This document shows, piece after piece, positions 42,181-56,082 of a stretch of DNA of 64,000 bases. The stretch is from Eledone cirrhosa. Lineage: Eukaryota. Below the pieces are notes generated by a model. That model did not search any database, was not told the DNA's origin, and saw only the letters and a program-made list of their open reading frames with translations. A program made the position numbers and the translations under genes. Each line of letters opens with the position of its first letter. Position 1 is the first letter of the stretch. Location: contig OZ024741.1 in NCBI GenBank assembly GCA_964016885.1, positions 351,540,001-351,604,000 of the forward strand. Direction: 5' to 3'.

Positions 42181-44635
42181 TGCTGCAGCAAATCAGCGTA
42201 AATAGCTCGTGCCTTCTCGCAGATTATAGCCTCCGTCACGGTATCTCTTGCGAGCTGCTTCTCCGTCAACCACACCATCAGCAGCTTTTCCATGTTTTCA
42301 TGCATAGATGTACGCTGTTTAAAAATTATTTTAACACTCTTGGCTTGAGTTATAGCCTTTATCGACTCCTTCTGCTTCAGTATAGTGCAGATCGTAGAAG
42401 TGCTACGCTCGTACTGCTTCGCCAAGTCGACTACACGCACACCTTGGTCATGTTTTTCGATAATTTCTTTCTTTAATTCAATGCACATCATCCGCTTCTT
42501 CTTCTCAGCACTGTCCTTTGTGCTCAATTTCTTCGGACCCATGGGATGCTGGGCGGATGTTACGGCGTTGACTGTGGCATTCGCTACGCCAACTAGCGGT
42601 GGGGTATCTGAAGCTGGCTCATAACCCGAATCTTAGCTCGCAACTCAAAGCAAAATATCGGCCGAGTGACGGCTCGTATCTCGAAAAACTCGTTAGTTGG
42701 GACACTCGTAAGTCAAGGTACCACTGTATAAGAATGTGAGAATCTCATACGCAGAAAATGAGTTATTGCTATTGGAATCATTTCCTGCATTTGGGACGCA
42801 CACATTTTCAAATTCTTCAATTTCACATTCTATCTGTGTCTGTCTCTCTTTTCGTCTGCCTGCTTCTCTCTCTCTCTAAGCGCATGCGCGTGACAGTGAC
42901 ATAAGCACACGGCTACTGCTGACACTGAAGTAGACAGAAAGTTACTGTTTATTAAAGCAGCATTCATTGTATATTCTGTTTAACCTTTTCCCAGCCGAAA
43001 TCATTGGGCGGGCATATGGCGGTAACTTACATTTCACGTCACTTGTGGGAAAATTGTTACAGCTGGTGAATATATGATAATGTGCTTCTGGTTGGTAAAG
43101 TATGATGTGATGATGAGGGGGGGGGGTAGATGTGGGGTAGTGGTGGGGATACAATGGTAGTGATAGATAAGTTGATGATAATTGTGATAGTAGCGGTGGT
43201 GGTGGTGGTGGTGGATGGTGATGTGGTAGTGGTTGGTGAAGTGGTGGTGTTACTGGTAGAGTATGTAGGGATAGATGTTGTTGTTGCTGTTGTTGTTATT
43301 GTTGTTGTCGCTGTTGTTGTTGGTGGTGGTGGTAATGGTAGGGGTGGCAACTTCATATACACTGCAGTACATATTCTCAACAAAATAAATATAGGCGCAT
43401 CGAAAAACATATCTTACATGGCAGCATAAAAAAGATACAATCCTAATTAAACAATAGAAATAGTAAATCCCATTTAGAGAAGAAAAAAAACCTTAAACAC
43501 GATACCCAAAGAGTAAATACCACCGAGTAGAAACTCGCTGTCAAACAACTCGTTCGTTGGCTGTTTTTCGTATCCAAGAATTTAGTTTCCTCTCATTTGA
43601 CTAGCTTCTCCATGACAATGAGGTTGATGGCTGAAGAAGCCAATGCTTTTATCGAACATGCAGTGATAGTTATGGCAAATGAGAGTAGTTAAACGGTGTG
43701 GTTGATTAAGTTAGATCTTTCGTTGTTACCGTTTATTCTCTTTTCTTTCGGTTTCCGTTAATGGTGTATTGACGTTAGTGGGAACGGTATTGTGCAATGG
43801 TTCCAATCGAATCTGGCAAATTTTTCGTTAGCCTGGGACTTTAGTTGGTCTTTGTGGTAATGGAGAGGACGTCTTCGTGGTCTATTCTCAATGTCAACAT
43901 TACCAATGCCAACAATAACAAGAAATGTGACATTGGACAAAGGCCACTCTAGATATGCTGGTGCAATCTGAAATGCTTTTGATCGTAAGTCTGACGAATC
44001 AGGACTGAGCTGGGATAAAAACCGGCGCCAGGGTATTTAATGTCGTAGGTTAGCTCTATAATGTACATCCTCTTCTCTCAGCTATGTGCTCCATTCGTTC
44101 AAATAAAATAATTTCAACTTACAGTTTGATAATGTGACAAATCTAGTTTTTAATACTTCAGGCTCTGATCTCAGAGAGAAAATTACTAAGCCTGCATTTC
44201 CCATACATAATCCATTCTAATCCGCACCAAATCATATGATAAGTCCTAACACCACACAGCCATTTCCTTTGCTGCTACACCGCAAAGATGTTTAGGGATT
44301 TATTTATTGATCGCAGGAAATTATTGTATATTGCATTTAATCATACATATTTGTTCGTATAAAACTATGGGATTTTTTAATTGTTTAGTAATGCATCTTT
44401 CTGAGGTTAGCACCCAAGGCGGCTCCTGATTGATGCCCCGGAGGAATTGCGGAATAAAATGAATTATGAATATGTATATCTAGTCTTCACATTTTAATAA
44501 TTATTGTACGTATATTCCGTCATGAACCGCCTCATCAGATTTGGAAGGATAAGCATCACATTGAGTGCTTGAACCTAATTACATCATTATTTACTGATTG
44601 GAGTGCTGCATGCGTAGCCCCACCTCAGTTAGGCA

Positions 44636-44757
44636 ACTTCTGTTGTTTCGATTTATTGATATGCTCCAGGCTGAAATTTGGTGTTGCTTTCTTAAGGTTC
44701 CAGTAGCTACACCAAATTTCAGCCCGGAGCATATCAATGAATCGAAATAACAGAAGT
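44636..44757. repeat. ~53 bp-arm inverted repeat at the 5' side of a PLE-type end
   Basis: 44636-44688 versus 44705-44757. Confidence 0.85.
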
Positions 44758-44805
44758 AAGCCTTATTTCGTTTTTATGTTTTTCTTTTTTTCTGTTCAAA
44801 TTCTA

Positions 44806-44864
44806 GCTGTCTGGTGAGGTCTTAGCTGATGCGTAACGGTTATCACCGAAATATATATAACAGC
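44806..44864 (+). ncRNA. Minimal hammerhead motif (A6G core change)
   Basis: gctgt-CTGGTGA-ggt...acc-GAAA-t atat a-TA-acagc, then aataaa. Confidence 0.65.
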
Positions 44865-44960
44865 GGCTATGAATAAACCAAGTTAATTTTTACCTGTTGA
44901 CTTATACTTCATGTTTAGCTGTTGAAACGGCCGGAGCTCAACAGTCGGGGTCCTGAATCT

Positions 44961-45040
<80 letters not shown>

Positions 45041-47000
45041 GGTGTTGGATGCTTAAAGCGTCCGTATGCGGTAAGCCGTTTGAGCACTCGATGCTCTCAT
45101 AGAGCAGAGTATGATATCACAGAAAAAAAGAGAATCAGTGTTGCGACGAATGGAATTTTTTGGACATATTACAATCGTTTCTCTGGCGACCAGCTCGAGG
45201 CACGATCGATGTGTTGATCGAACCTGACTCTGAAAATCGTCTTGGTTCTACGAAGCAGATTTTCCTAATGTCCTTTTACATCGATATCCTTCGCCTGTCG
45301 GCTTAGATCCTGTTGTTGTCATTCCATGATTGGTCAAGAACTGTGCACGTCGTCGATATTTCTAGCCACTCATCGTTGTCCACTATTTGGTTCTTTTCAT
45401 TCTCCACCTGTCAATCAAAGTTGTTTCTTAGGTCGGAATTACTACTGTAGTATGTAAGGGGTTGTATGCTTGAACTGCTGGCGGCTCTTCGACGTCTTCA
45501 CTGTCTTTAGGCGTCCTCGTCCATACCGTTCACGTACACACCTGCAACTGTATTGTATGCGACAATCACCGTAAATAATGCTTGGAGGGAATTTTTAAAA
45601 CAAATTAGAAAAATATTTAGCATAACGTTTCAAGAACACAGCCTCAGAATACCTTAAAACATACATTTTAAAAAAAAAACTCTGTACAAAGAACGTTTTT
45701 AAATGAATGCTTGGAACAGCCTTTCAAAAAAAAGTTATTTCGAAGGTATAAATATACACATATCTACACTCACACACTGTACTCAGGGAAGCGTGTATAG
45801 TTAAGACGCTGCACATATATACACAGATGAAAAAAAGATCTACACATAGGCATTCATACCCTCACACAGACATGTTCATACAAATACATCCACCCAGACA
45901 TGTGTACACACGTGCGCATGCATATTTGCGTGGACACACATACATACATGTACCCGCATATGTTCATACCGAAGGCATATACTTGATGAATACCCTCCCA
46001 TCATTACACACACGCGCATCTGTGCACATGGTGCACATAGTATTATATGGGACAACGTTCTTGAGGCTTGGACCCAACCCGATCATGTGGCGATATAGGC
46101 CCGAAAGTGCATTCACAATATGCATAAATGCTATAGCAACATAGTATCCTTGCACTAATCACATATAACTTGGGTGGCACATATATATTAAAAAAATGCC
46201 TGTACGTACATAAAATAAAATAATATAAAATAATTTAATATAAAATAAAATGCTGGAAAAAGGAATGTATACAGGACAAGGATGCAGAGGGGGTCCGGAC
46301 ATTATTGGGGTGTGCGTAAAGTTGCATAAAATACTTGAGTGCTGTGGTACATATGGCTATATAATATACATGGGGACTGGTGATCTAAGGGAGTGGGTAA
46401 GAGTCTGCACGTGATGCAGGTCTCATGGCTGGTGGACACATGGGGACCGTGCGTGCGTACACAAACAAGTTATATATATTGTGGATGTGTATAACATCCA
46501 TTTCATAATAGTATATATGAGATGTACATGGGGTGGATGTATACATGGAATATATAGGGTATGTGTTTCATAACAGTATATATGAAATGTACGTGGAGTG
46601 TATGAATGATTGGAATGTGCCAGCGGCTTGTGCTGTAGGCGTGTATATATCAACGGCAAGCAAAGTTAAAATTAACTGCGACATTAACCTTAAGACCAGC
46701 ATCTGGTCCGGCATCTAAGTAGCAAATTGAACACCACGAATCGAAGATCGAAAATCAAAAATTGGAAATTAAAAAATTTGAAAATTTAAAACTCCACATA
46801 GGGTTGTAGACCAAATCAGACTTATATTGAGTCGGCGTCCACAAATTGGTGTGGTGGTGCTATCCAAGGTGCGTTACGAGGTAGACATCGCTGGATCTGT
46901 CGTCGATATCAGCTTGTTCCGTCATGCATTCATAGGAAGGCTGTGTTATATTGTGGTCCGCTGCATGCGCCCCACCTGGTATTGTTATGCCGGTAGTGCC

Positions 47001-49868
47001 TTAGGTAGACCCATCCGGCATCACTAAAGCGGAGAGCGCGCATTTACGTTGGTGTCTACAGGCCATGATGATTTCAGATTTGGGGTTGACTGCGTCGCCC
47101 TTAAGTTTTACTATCTCCATAGCCTCGGACAGGCATAACCTCTCCCCGGCCGAGTACGCATTCGCACGCTGTACAATACTCCAGCTGAGGTCAAACGCTA
47201 TTCCACAGTCTTTGAGTCCCCATACTAAGTCCGCCAGTCTGGTGGAGTGTTTCTTGTTCCTGTCCTTGAACGAGTTCTTGTGGTTGTACATCCTCGATTT
47301 AAAAGACGTGGATGTAGCTCCGATGTATGTGTGCCTATCGCTGTGCGTGGTAACTACACATCTGTAGACAACGTCCTTAGTCAGGCGCATTCTCTGCAGA
47401 GAGCACTCCTCTCCAACACGGCAGTTACAGGTACTTGCATCATTTTTGTAATTCTCCTTATGTGGGCCTGGCGTCTTATTTGGGTTCTCCCCGGTCCTCA
47501 AATGGTGCTCCGGCAGAGTGGTGGACTCAGTGTTCACCACCTGCTGGTCTCTGTTGGCAGGTGTGGGGGTCCTCCGCGACCACAGCTCCGCCTCCAGGCA
47601 CATCTCCATAATCACTAGCCACTTCCCCGTGCGCTCCTCTCAGCAACGCCGTGTCTGGGGCCTGATCGGTTTGCTGTGGGGTGTCCTCAATTTCAATGCG
47701 TTGGCCTTGGCTATGTAGTCTGCCATGTTGGGTGCCGTGGAAAATGAGAACTTCACGGTGTGTCGGTTGAATATTTTGTGTACCTGTGTGAAGTCGGGAA
47801 ACACTCGTCCAATGCCCTGAAGAAGAGACCTGGCACGTTAGTGCGTACATGCTTCGAGTATGGTGCATTGAACCATCTTATGTTTCTAGATCTGTTCCTA
47901 TTTCGTCATCTGCTACTAGTAGTGTGTGCATTGTCATGTTGTTCTCTCGGGTTGCGCCCTACTCCTATTTTATCCCCTATTATATCCCTATGCTTAGAAC
48001 TATTACTGAAGTCTGTGGCGAGGCATTCACTCACTATGTTGTTCTGGACACGTTTACTAGCTCTAGTTTGCGTCCCTGTGCTGCTACCCGAGTATCCTGC
48101 CGTATCATTGTTGGTATTCTTAATCTTGGTGTTATCCTTATCGTGTTCAAAGTTTCGTGCGTGCTGCGTTATCTACCTCACTATTTTTGGCTGGTCTGTG
48201 CTGTTACTACGGTTCAGTCCGTATGTGCTGGGGACCCTAGGGTTCCCGTGCGCCCTCTTCTGTCTATGCGTCGTGCTGTCATCACTGTCGTGTGTAATAC
48301 TCCTATCTATACAGTTATGTGTGTGCTTACGGGTAGATTGCCTTCCTATGTTATTACTAATGGTATCCAGGTGTTTGCGTTCCTCGTTATGCGGCCTGCC
48401 CTTGTCCGGGGTGTACGCTATGGCTTCTGTGTAACCGGCCCTGCCCAGTGCCTCGTTGCAGTAGTCGGCGTGCTGATTGAACACATCCGCGTTGGCGGAC
48501 AATGTAGATACGCGGGTGGTTACCCCCTTTACTATAGTGTCTATAACCGACCTGGGGTGGTTTGAGTGTCTGTTTACGTACTGCAGGTTCTCATTGGGCT
48601 TGTGATATGGTCGGTATAAGCCTGTATCCAGTTCTTAGGATACGTCTAGGAAGTTTACTGTCTTAGTGCTATTTTCTATTAGCACGGATAAGCCGTGCTG
48701 CTTAAAGAAATATGAGATGCGCTTCCGCATGCGCTCCAGCTGCATAGAGTTTAGTGAGTGGAAGGTAAATAGGGCGTCGTCTCTATATATCCCCCCCCCC
48801 CCCCGCCTATCCCTGGAATCTCCTCTGCTAACCTATGGAGTAGATAAATTCTCACCAGGTCCGTCACCTGTGCGGAGTCGCTCGAGCCCATGGTGATGTC
48901 AAAACTGCCAGGTCTGTGTCTCCTTTCCCATAGTCTACCGTCAAACCTAATGAGCGTCTTTCTAGCAGCTATAATGATGTCCACTTCTCCTCTAGTTAGG
49001 TTGGACCTGGCCATAGCGCTCATGAGGGCCTTGTTTACAATTACTGGTGAAATAGAAGCGAAGTAATTTGCTATGTCCAGTTGCACGAAGTCCACTTGCT
49101 GTTTGGTGGGCAGCTCTGTGAACCAGACGATTACCTCCTTAGTGGAAGTCCATAAGCTAAGTCTATTTCTATTCATAAGCGTGGGTGGATCCTATCTATT
49201 ATATTCTTGCTGGCCCTACCTAGGTCCGACTTGGAGGGTGCTATTAGTCTAACCGGGAAGTTAGTCTTAAAGTCTAATTAATGATCCTTGATAAAAAATC
49301 CGCGGTTTTCTAGGTACGTACTGTTCTGTCCTGTCTGCTACTTCTAGTCCCGTCATTAATTTTTTGGTCTTGTTGTTGATTCTGTAAAGGTTTCCTGACC
49401 TGTAATCCTATCAATCTTCCTAATCTCTTTCTCAATGCATTTTCCGTAGGTTCTGTGGTTCATCCTGTAAATGTTACCCGTCTTATCCGGAGGTACAAGT
49501 AAGTCCGGGCAACTCTCTATGCTTTTAATCTTGGAGCTGAACTCCTTCAGGTACTCGTTTCCGCGCGCTGCATTCCTGTTGGATTTTATGTTCCTTACGA
49601 TGCTTACTAGGCGGTTTTCAAACACTTCCAGTGCGCCGATGTGTGCGGGGTGTCGTCTGGACTTGAAAATCCTCCTAAGGCGGTCGCGGGTGACGTCCTG
49701 TGTCTGTTGTGTATTCCCGTTGTCGCAGTGGAAGGCGCGCCATCTCATGCGCCTGTCAAGAGAGTTGGTATGGTGGATGAGTAGGCGAAGGTAGGTGTTG
49801 TCCGAAGAGATCGGGATGTCTTTGGATGAGGAAGAGTACTGGAATTTCTCCATGGCAATTCGCTTCAA
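47001..49868 (-). pseudogene. PLE polyprotein (RT and C-terminal GIY-YIG), frameshifted
   Basis: SKDIP..RMRWRA, DKTGN, LDIANYFASI, FDITMGSSDSAQ, CNCR, VVYRC..TYIGAT..FKSRMYNH, CRH. Confidence 0.9.
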
Positions 49869-50129
49869 GCGCTCGACTTGGGGAGGAGCAAAATAATTGG
49901 TGTTGGAAGCGTCCGTATGCGGTAGGCCGTTTGAGCACTCGATGCTCTCACAGAGCAGAGTATGATATCACAGAAAAAAAGAGAATCAGTGTTGCGACGA
50001 ATGAGTGGCTAGAAATATCGATGACGTGTACAATTCTTGACCACACATGTAATGACAACAGGATCTAAGCCGACAGGCGAAGGATATCGATGTAAAAAGA
50101 CATTAGGAAAATCTGCTTCGTAGAACCAA

Positions 50130-50224
50130 GACGTATCTGAGGACCTTGCGATTTTCAGAGTCAGGTTCGATCATCACATTATCGTGCCTCGAGCTGGTCG
50201 CCAGAGAAACGATTGTAATATGTC
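50130..50224 (+). ncRNA. Type I hammerhead in the inverted pseudo-LTR
   Basis: gacgtat-CTGAGGA-ccttgcga...tcgccaga-GAAA-c gatt g-TA-atatgtc; the core is deleted in the 45153-45245 copy. Confidence 0.75.
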
Positions 50225-50270
50225 CAATAAATTCCATTCGTCGCAACACTGATTCTCTTTTTTTTCTGTG

Positions 50271-50354
<84 letters not shown>

Positions 50355-50524
50355 AGACAGACTTTTGAAAAGCAGCATCGTTGTATCGCCTACGAAATGT
50401 ATTACCTAAAATGGTGTCTGAAGAAATCGTGTCAATAACTGGGAATTTGTATCATTGTGCAATAAAGACAGATACCATAGAACTGCGTATTACACCAAAT
50501 TATATAATAAAGAGAATTGTGAAA

Positions 50525-50698
50525 ATCTAGCCATCACATTCATTATTATTGTACATACGTTCTGAGTTCAAATCCTGCCGAGGTTAGCTTTGCCTTATGG
50601 AGTCGATGAAATAAAGCACCGGAAACGCATCGGGGTGGATTTAATTGATTTTCCCCTCCCCTAAAATTGTTGACCTTGTGCCTAAATCAGAAACCATT
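50525..50698 (+). mobile_element. tRNA-derived SINE, family 1 (diverged)
   Basis: gagttcaaatcctgccgaggttagctttgcct...ccttgtgcctaaa. Confidence 0.7.
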
Positions 50699-50699
50699 A

Positions 50700-51082
50700 T
50701 CTATACTATAAAGCTGACGGCTGTATGTAGGTAATAAATTTTCCGCCAAACGGCTGGACCATACAACACCAAATTTGCACCAAAGAGGTAACTTTTTCCA
50801 AGTAAAAAGGTGAGGGTATTTTCGTCTACTGAATTTTGTTAAAAGATTAAAGACATTATTTAAATATTCACTTCTTTAACATTTTCAAATGTCAACACTT
50901 CCGGTTATACGACATTCCTAACGTCTTCACAAACCAAAGTATATCTTCCTGTTTTCTTTCGGTTGCAACGTTTTTCGAAATATTTACTTCTGCGTTCACA
51001 GATTGATTTTGTTTTAGTTTCAGAAGATCCCGTTAAGGGTGAAAGAGGCGATTCTTTGCTTAAACTTTAATCTGGTATTTTA

Positions 51083-51117
<35 letters not shown>

Positions 51118-51159
51118 GCGTACGTGACGATATATTATCACTACATTATTGATAACTTG

Positions 51160-51225
<66 letters not shown>

Positions 51226-51830
51226 TATATTCGTGTACAGATATTTTTGCATACACAAAAACAAAATATAAACAAACGTATTTATTTCACGAAAGCACAG
51301 ACGGCTTATCGTCATTGTTACTGCCGATATGCCACCCAAAAATTCCTAGCCTGGCCGCAAGATCGGATTTTCCAGAAGAAAAAATGTTATAACAAACGTA
51401 TTTATTTCACGAAAGCACAGACGGCTTATCGTCATTGTTACTGCCGATATGCCACCCAAAATGTCCTAGCCTGGCCGCAAGATCAGATTTTCCAGAAGAA
51501 AAAATGTTACTAGAGCAACAGAGAGACTAGGCTTCGCGATTACCACCAACAAAGCTCAAGGTCAAACCCTAAAAGTGGCTGGCCTTCATCTGGGAAAACC
51601 ATGGTCAATTGTATGTAGGATGCTCTAGGGTGAGCTCGCCAAACAATCTCTTCATCTTTGCTGCCGAGGGCCGAACAAAAAATATTGTATACTCTGAGGC
51701 TCTAACAATGTAATTTATGTATTTTCTGTTACTTGGAATTTCCATTATGGTTGTACAAATTATTGTAAAGTTTGTTAAAAAATGTGTTCTCTGTTCAACC
51801 TTTATTGCTGTAACTATCAATTTTCTTTAA
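50700..51830 (+). mobile_element. Helitron remnant with a helicase C-terminal fragment; 3' end not identified
   Basis: TCTATACTATAAA start; NKAQGQTLKVAGLHL and GQLYVGCSRVSSP...TKNIVYSEAL at ~51525-51712. Confidence 0.75.
51271..51509. repeat. 120-bp tandem duplication
   Basis: The blocks starting at 51271 and 51391 are near-identical. Confidence 0.95.
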
Positions 51831-52408
51831 CGTACTGGCTGAGAAAAGAAACTTACAATGAAAGAACATCTTAAAGTTAACCCAAGTCAAATGTATTTAT
51901 TAACATTCCTATCTGCAGGTTCTTAGCAAGCTTACTGGCGCTTTAGTACGGTATTCAATTCTCATATCGTTTTTGATTGATATGGTGCATATATCGCAGC
52001 TATTCATATGTTTTAAACATTAGATAACGATTGCTGATGTATATTGTACGACAGAATTAGGTGAAAAATATTTTGAATGAACAAATAAGAGAGATATAAA
52101 AGAGAGATGTTTGTTGGTTGGTTCCTTCGCGTATCACACGAAAAAAACGAAAAGTGACAATCGGAAAGTATGTACAGGATTGGGATAAGAGTATAGCCAG
52201 GAAAGTTTTTTTATACTAATTTTATAATACCAAAGAAGACATACCACGTATGCTAACCAACCTGACTGCTATTTCTAGCAGGTTGGGAATCAACCATAAG
52301 GGATTCTCTCTGCGAGTTCGATGTCAGTGATGATCGTGTTTCGCGGCCTATGTCTCCGATTCCAACTGTGGTTTACACACACACGCACACACACGCACAG
52401 GCACACAC

Positions 52409-52524
<116 letters not shown>

Positions 52525-52833
52525 GAACACTCACACATATATATATATATATATATACACAAACACACACGCACGCACACATACACACACACACATACAC
52601 ACATACTACAGACGTTTTCTCTTTTGCCGGTCTTCTTTTATCATTTGTTAACCTTGGCGAATCTGGGTACCTAAGCTACTTATACATATACTCTGTCATG
52701 TACTTTGCAGATGACCCCACAACGCGATTGGAAAGGTGCATACGATGTTAAGTGATTGATCCTACTTACACCTTTGTATAGGCATGCATAAATTGTTAGC
52801 TAAAAAACTAATGAGAGACAACATTGTATATGT

Positions 52834-52898
<65 letters not shown>

Positions 52899-52899
52899 A

Positions 52900-52931
<32 letters not shown>

Positions 52932-52942
52932 GTGTGTGTGTG

Positions 52943-52969
<27 letters not shown>

Positions 52970-52973
<4 letters not shown>

Positions 52974-53153
52974 GGCTAAACAGAAATAACAACACAATCG
53001 GTACAGTATATGGAAGGTATATATTAGGTTAACGCTTGATATAGCAGGAAGAGGGTCTTAACGTTTCGGACGCTAGTCCTTCATCAGAAGAAAGAATGAG
53101 AAATAAGATAGATTAAGGGGACGGGCGGGTTGAAATTGGAAAAAATGTCTTTA
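52970..53153 (-). mobile_element. ~180 bp hammerhead-bearing mini-element, (ACAT)n tail
   Basis: Inverted homologue of 25129-25311. Confidence 0.8.
53056..53091 (-). ncRNA. Ultra-minimal type I hammerhead, intact core
   Basis: tctt-CTGATGA-a-ggac tagc gtcc-GAAA-cg-TT-aaga. Confidence 0.82.
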
Positions 53154-53319
53154 GATAAAAATAACAGGTCCATTCATGTTAACATCTGTTGCAAAATTGT
53201 TGGTGCTGGCGTTTTGTGTATGATTTATTTTTTAGAAAAGTGGATGATGGAGCGCATCGACCTGAAATGGAAAAGAAAAACGTTTTGTAAAAAGAGCTAT
53301 ACTTGTGCACGTGCATAAG

Positions 53320-53426
<107 letters not shown>

Positions 53427-53529
53427 ATACGTCCGTACGAAGCTAAGAAGAAATGTGTGTGTATATGTAAGTAAAAGAGTGTGTGTGCATGTAAGTACGA
53501 AGCTTTGAGCAAAAGTATGTTAATATAAG

Positions 53530-55070
53530 GGTGTGTATGTGTGTATACAGAGCAGTGAAGGGAAAAGTGGAGTGAGCATATACAGTCGGCCTGTATTAGT
53601 TGTAAGAGAAGATGTTAATGATCAAGAGAGAGTGATAGGAAACTAGGGTTGAATGTGCAAGCGCGTGTGATAATGGACGGTGTATTAAAAAAAGTGGGGA
53701 GGTGAGTTGAGTCCAAGAGGGGGAATAGGACCCAATGTGGTCAATCAGACTTTGTTCAGTCCTGGTGCGCGAGGCCTGTGATCCATGATGTAAAAGGACA
53801 CCCAGGACTGAAACATGTAGGGAAGAATGACCAGGAGAACAGAAATGACGGGTGACAGGAGTATCTAAACCGAGTCGTATGTCCCTCAAATGCTCAGCAA
53901 AACGGTCCACCATACGGCGTCCCGTTTGTCCGATGTATAAAGACCCGCAAAGGGAACACTGGAGGGCATAGACAACGTGGGTGGATGTGCAGGTGAAAGA
54001 GTGGTGGATACGGAAAGACCCGTTAGGGCCTGTAAGAGTGGTGAGGGTGGAAATGAAGTGTTGCAGCGGGAACGAGAACAAGGATGAGAGCCGAGTGGAG
54101 TCGTGGGAGAGGACGAAAAGGAACTGCGGACCAGGAGGTCACGGAGGTTGCGGGTGCGCTTAAAAGCAGTAATGGGTGGGTTTGGAAAAAAGCGAGAAGT
54201 GACGGGGTCAGAAGAGAGGATGCGGAAGGAACGGAGGATATGTCGCCGGGGTGGTAGGGTGATGGGGTGGTAGGTGAGAGGGAAAGGAACGTGGGTGTTG
54301 GGAGGGCGGGGTGAGGTGAGAGGGCTGTGGTGCAGTCTGTTTCATGGGAGCGGGTGAGAGCAGCTTGGATCAGTGGGGGGGGGGGGGTATCCACGCTGGA
54401 TGAAGCAGGAAGCCATGCGTAGGGAATGGGTTTCGAAATCGTCGTCTTGGCTACAGAGCCGACGAAGACGGAGGAATTGGGAATAAGGTATGGAGTGTTT
54501 GGTGTGGGTTGGATGGGTGGAGGTGAAGTCGAGGTAAGATTGGGAGTCTGTTGCTTTAATGTAGATGGAAGTAGAGAGGGTGTGGTGAGAGTGATTAATA
54601 GATAGAGAGATATCTGGAAAAGCGACAGAAGAATCGGAGACGGAGGCGGGGAAATTGAGAGCAGGATGGAAAGATAGGACAAAAGAAAGAAAACAGTCGA
54701 GTTGTTCTCGTGATAGAGAGGTGGCGCCGATACAGTCGTCGATATAACGACCGTATAGCCCAGGAGTCGGTCCAGCGTACTGGGAGAAGATCTGGGCTTC
54801 GACGTAGCCAACAAACAAGTTGGCATAGTTTGGACCCATTCTGGTTCCCATCGCTACTCGAGACCTGCTGATAGAATTCACCCGTAGAGGAAAAGCCATT
54901 GAGGGTGAGAACAAGCTCAGCCAGACGGAGAAGAGTGGTAGTGCTGGGGTAAGGGGTAGAGCGTAAGTCTAAAAAATGTTGGAGAGCGCGGAAGCCGTCA
55001 TCATGAGGGATGACGGTATAGAGAGAGGTGATGTCCAGGGTAAAGAGATGGCGAGAGAGACCAGGGGGAA
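53530..55070 (-). mobile_element. PLE fragment (Neptune-like RT and GIY-YIG), frameshifted
   Basis: VAMGTRMGPNYANLF, RYIDD, SIPYSQFLRLRRLCS, FTCTSTHVVYALQCSLCGSLYIGQTGR. Confidence 0.9.
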
Positions 55071-55090
55071 GATAGATAGATAGATAAATG

Positions 55091-55156
<66 letters not shown>

Positions 55157-55157
<1 letters not shown>

Positions 55158-55400
55158 TTCTTTATTAGCCACAAGGGCGCAACAAGAAAGGGGACAATAC
55201 AAAGACATGCCGGGGATTTTACATACAGTCGTGTAAAAAATATAAAAACAAACAATTTCAACAATCGAAATCCCCAATAGGGGGGAGGCGCCACAAATGG
55301 GTTGTTTAATACCCCGTCGATAGAACAACCCTCAACTCGAGAAGCGTGTTGTGCAAGTGCTCCTTTCTTCCTTTTGCTCTCTTCCTCAACCTACAGGCTT
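55157..55400 (-). mobile_element. 3' UTR fragment of a Tx1-type LINE embedded in (GATA)n
   Basis: Shares cccttgtggYYaataaagaaa and ccccctattgggga with 14125-14270 and 36098-36275. Confidence 0.8.
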
Positions 55401-55415
55401 AAGATAGATAGATAT

Positions 55416-55484
<69 letters not shown>

Positions 55485-56082
55485 GTAAACTGAAAACTGA
55501 AAACTAACTGTACCTTTATGTATATATGTGAAAAATCGTATATATGTGTGTGTATGGGTGGGGGAATCGCCGGGTCATTTATAAAGACTGTTTATTTTTC
55601 AAAACATGAGTTAGCATTCTGTGAAATTTGCCGAATTTGCCGTCAAAACAATATATTAGGTTTCAAATTTGCTAAATGAAATATTCACTTTTATATGTAT
55701 TTATTCCGTTCTTGTGTTTATTTATAGATGCGTGATATTTCTCACACAAACAGTTGCAGTAAAAATGTCGTCGTCTGGGTAGGGTTAGTGGTATTTTCGT
55801 CTTTTCGCTTCTTTATTTTTTGCGTGGGAAAACATGTAAACATGGACTCCTGTGAAATAAACGGACGAGAAAAGATTAAGATGTTAAAATTATGTCAAAC
55901 GATGTTAACGCAGACAAGAAGTTTGCGTGGGTGGAGGGTTAGTTCAGTAAAAGGTTTAATGAAATTTGAAAAAAAATATCTAAAAATATGATTTATGTTA
56001 GTATGGTGTGTCTATTAAGAAGTGAATTGAAGCGTTTCACACATGCATATACAAATATACATATATATAACAGACATTCATA

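Larger units (their letters stand above)
36594..42726 (-). mobile_element. Tigger/pogo DNA transposon, internally deleted, interrupted by a Gypsy element
   Basis: 25-bp TIRs cagtggtaccttgacttacgagtgt, TA TSD; CENP-B HTH ORF 42165..42542 continues below 37662 (FKASRGWF, VFNCDETGLFWK). Confidence 0.95.
45037..50274 (-). mobile_element. Near full-length Penelope-like element with direct and inverted pseudo-LTRs, in (TA)n
   Basis: 49894-50003 repeats 45037-45152 directly; 50000-50274 is an inverted copy of 45114-45373; RT and GIY-YIG ORF pieces lie between. Confidence 0.93.

Noticed and set aside
43560-44100. Unique-looking sequence as a host exon; CTGACGA at 43991 as an HHR
   Set aside because: No recognisable domain or long frame; no GAAA or stem I for the motif.
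44500-44545. CTGATGA...GGAA on the minus strand as an HHR
   Set aside because: Stems I and II do not pair.
51271-51509. CRISPR-like or coding repeat
   Set aside because: Simple two-unit tandem duplication inside a Helitron remnant; eukaryotic context and no spacers.
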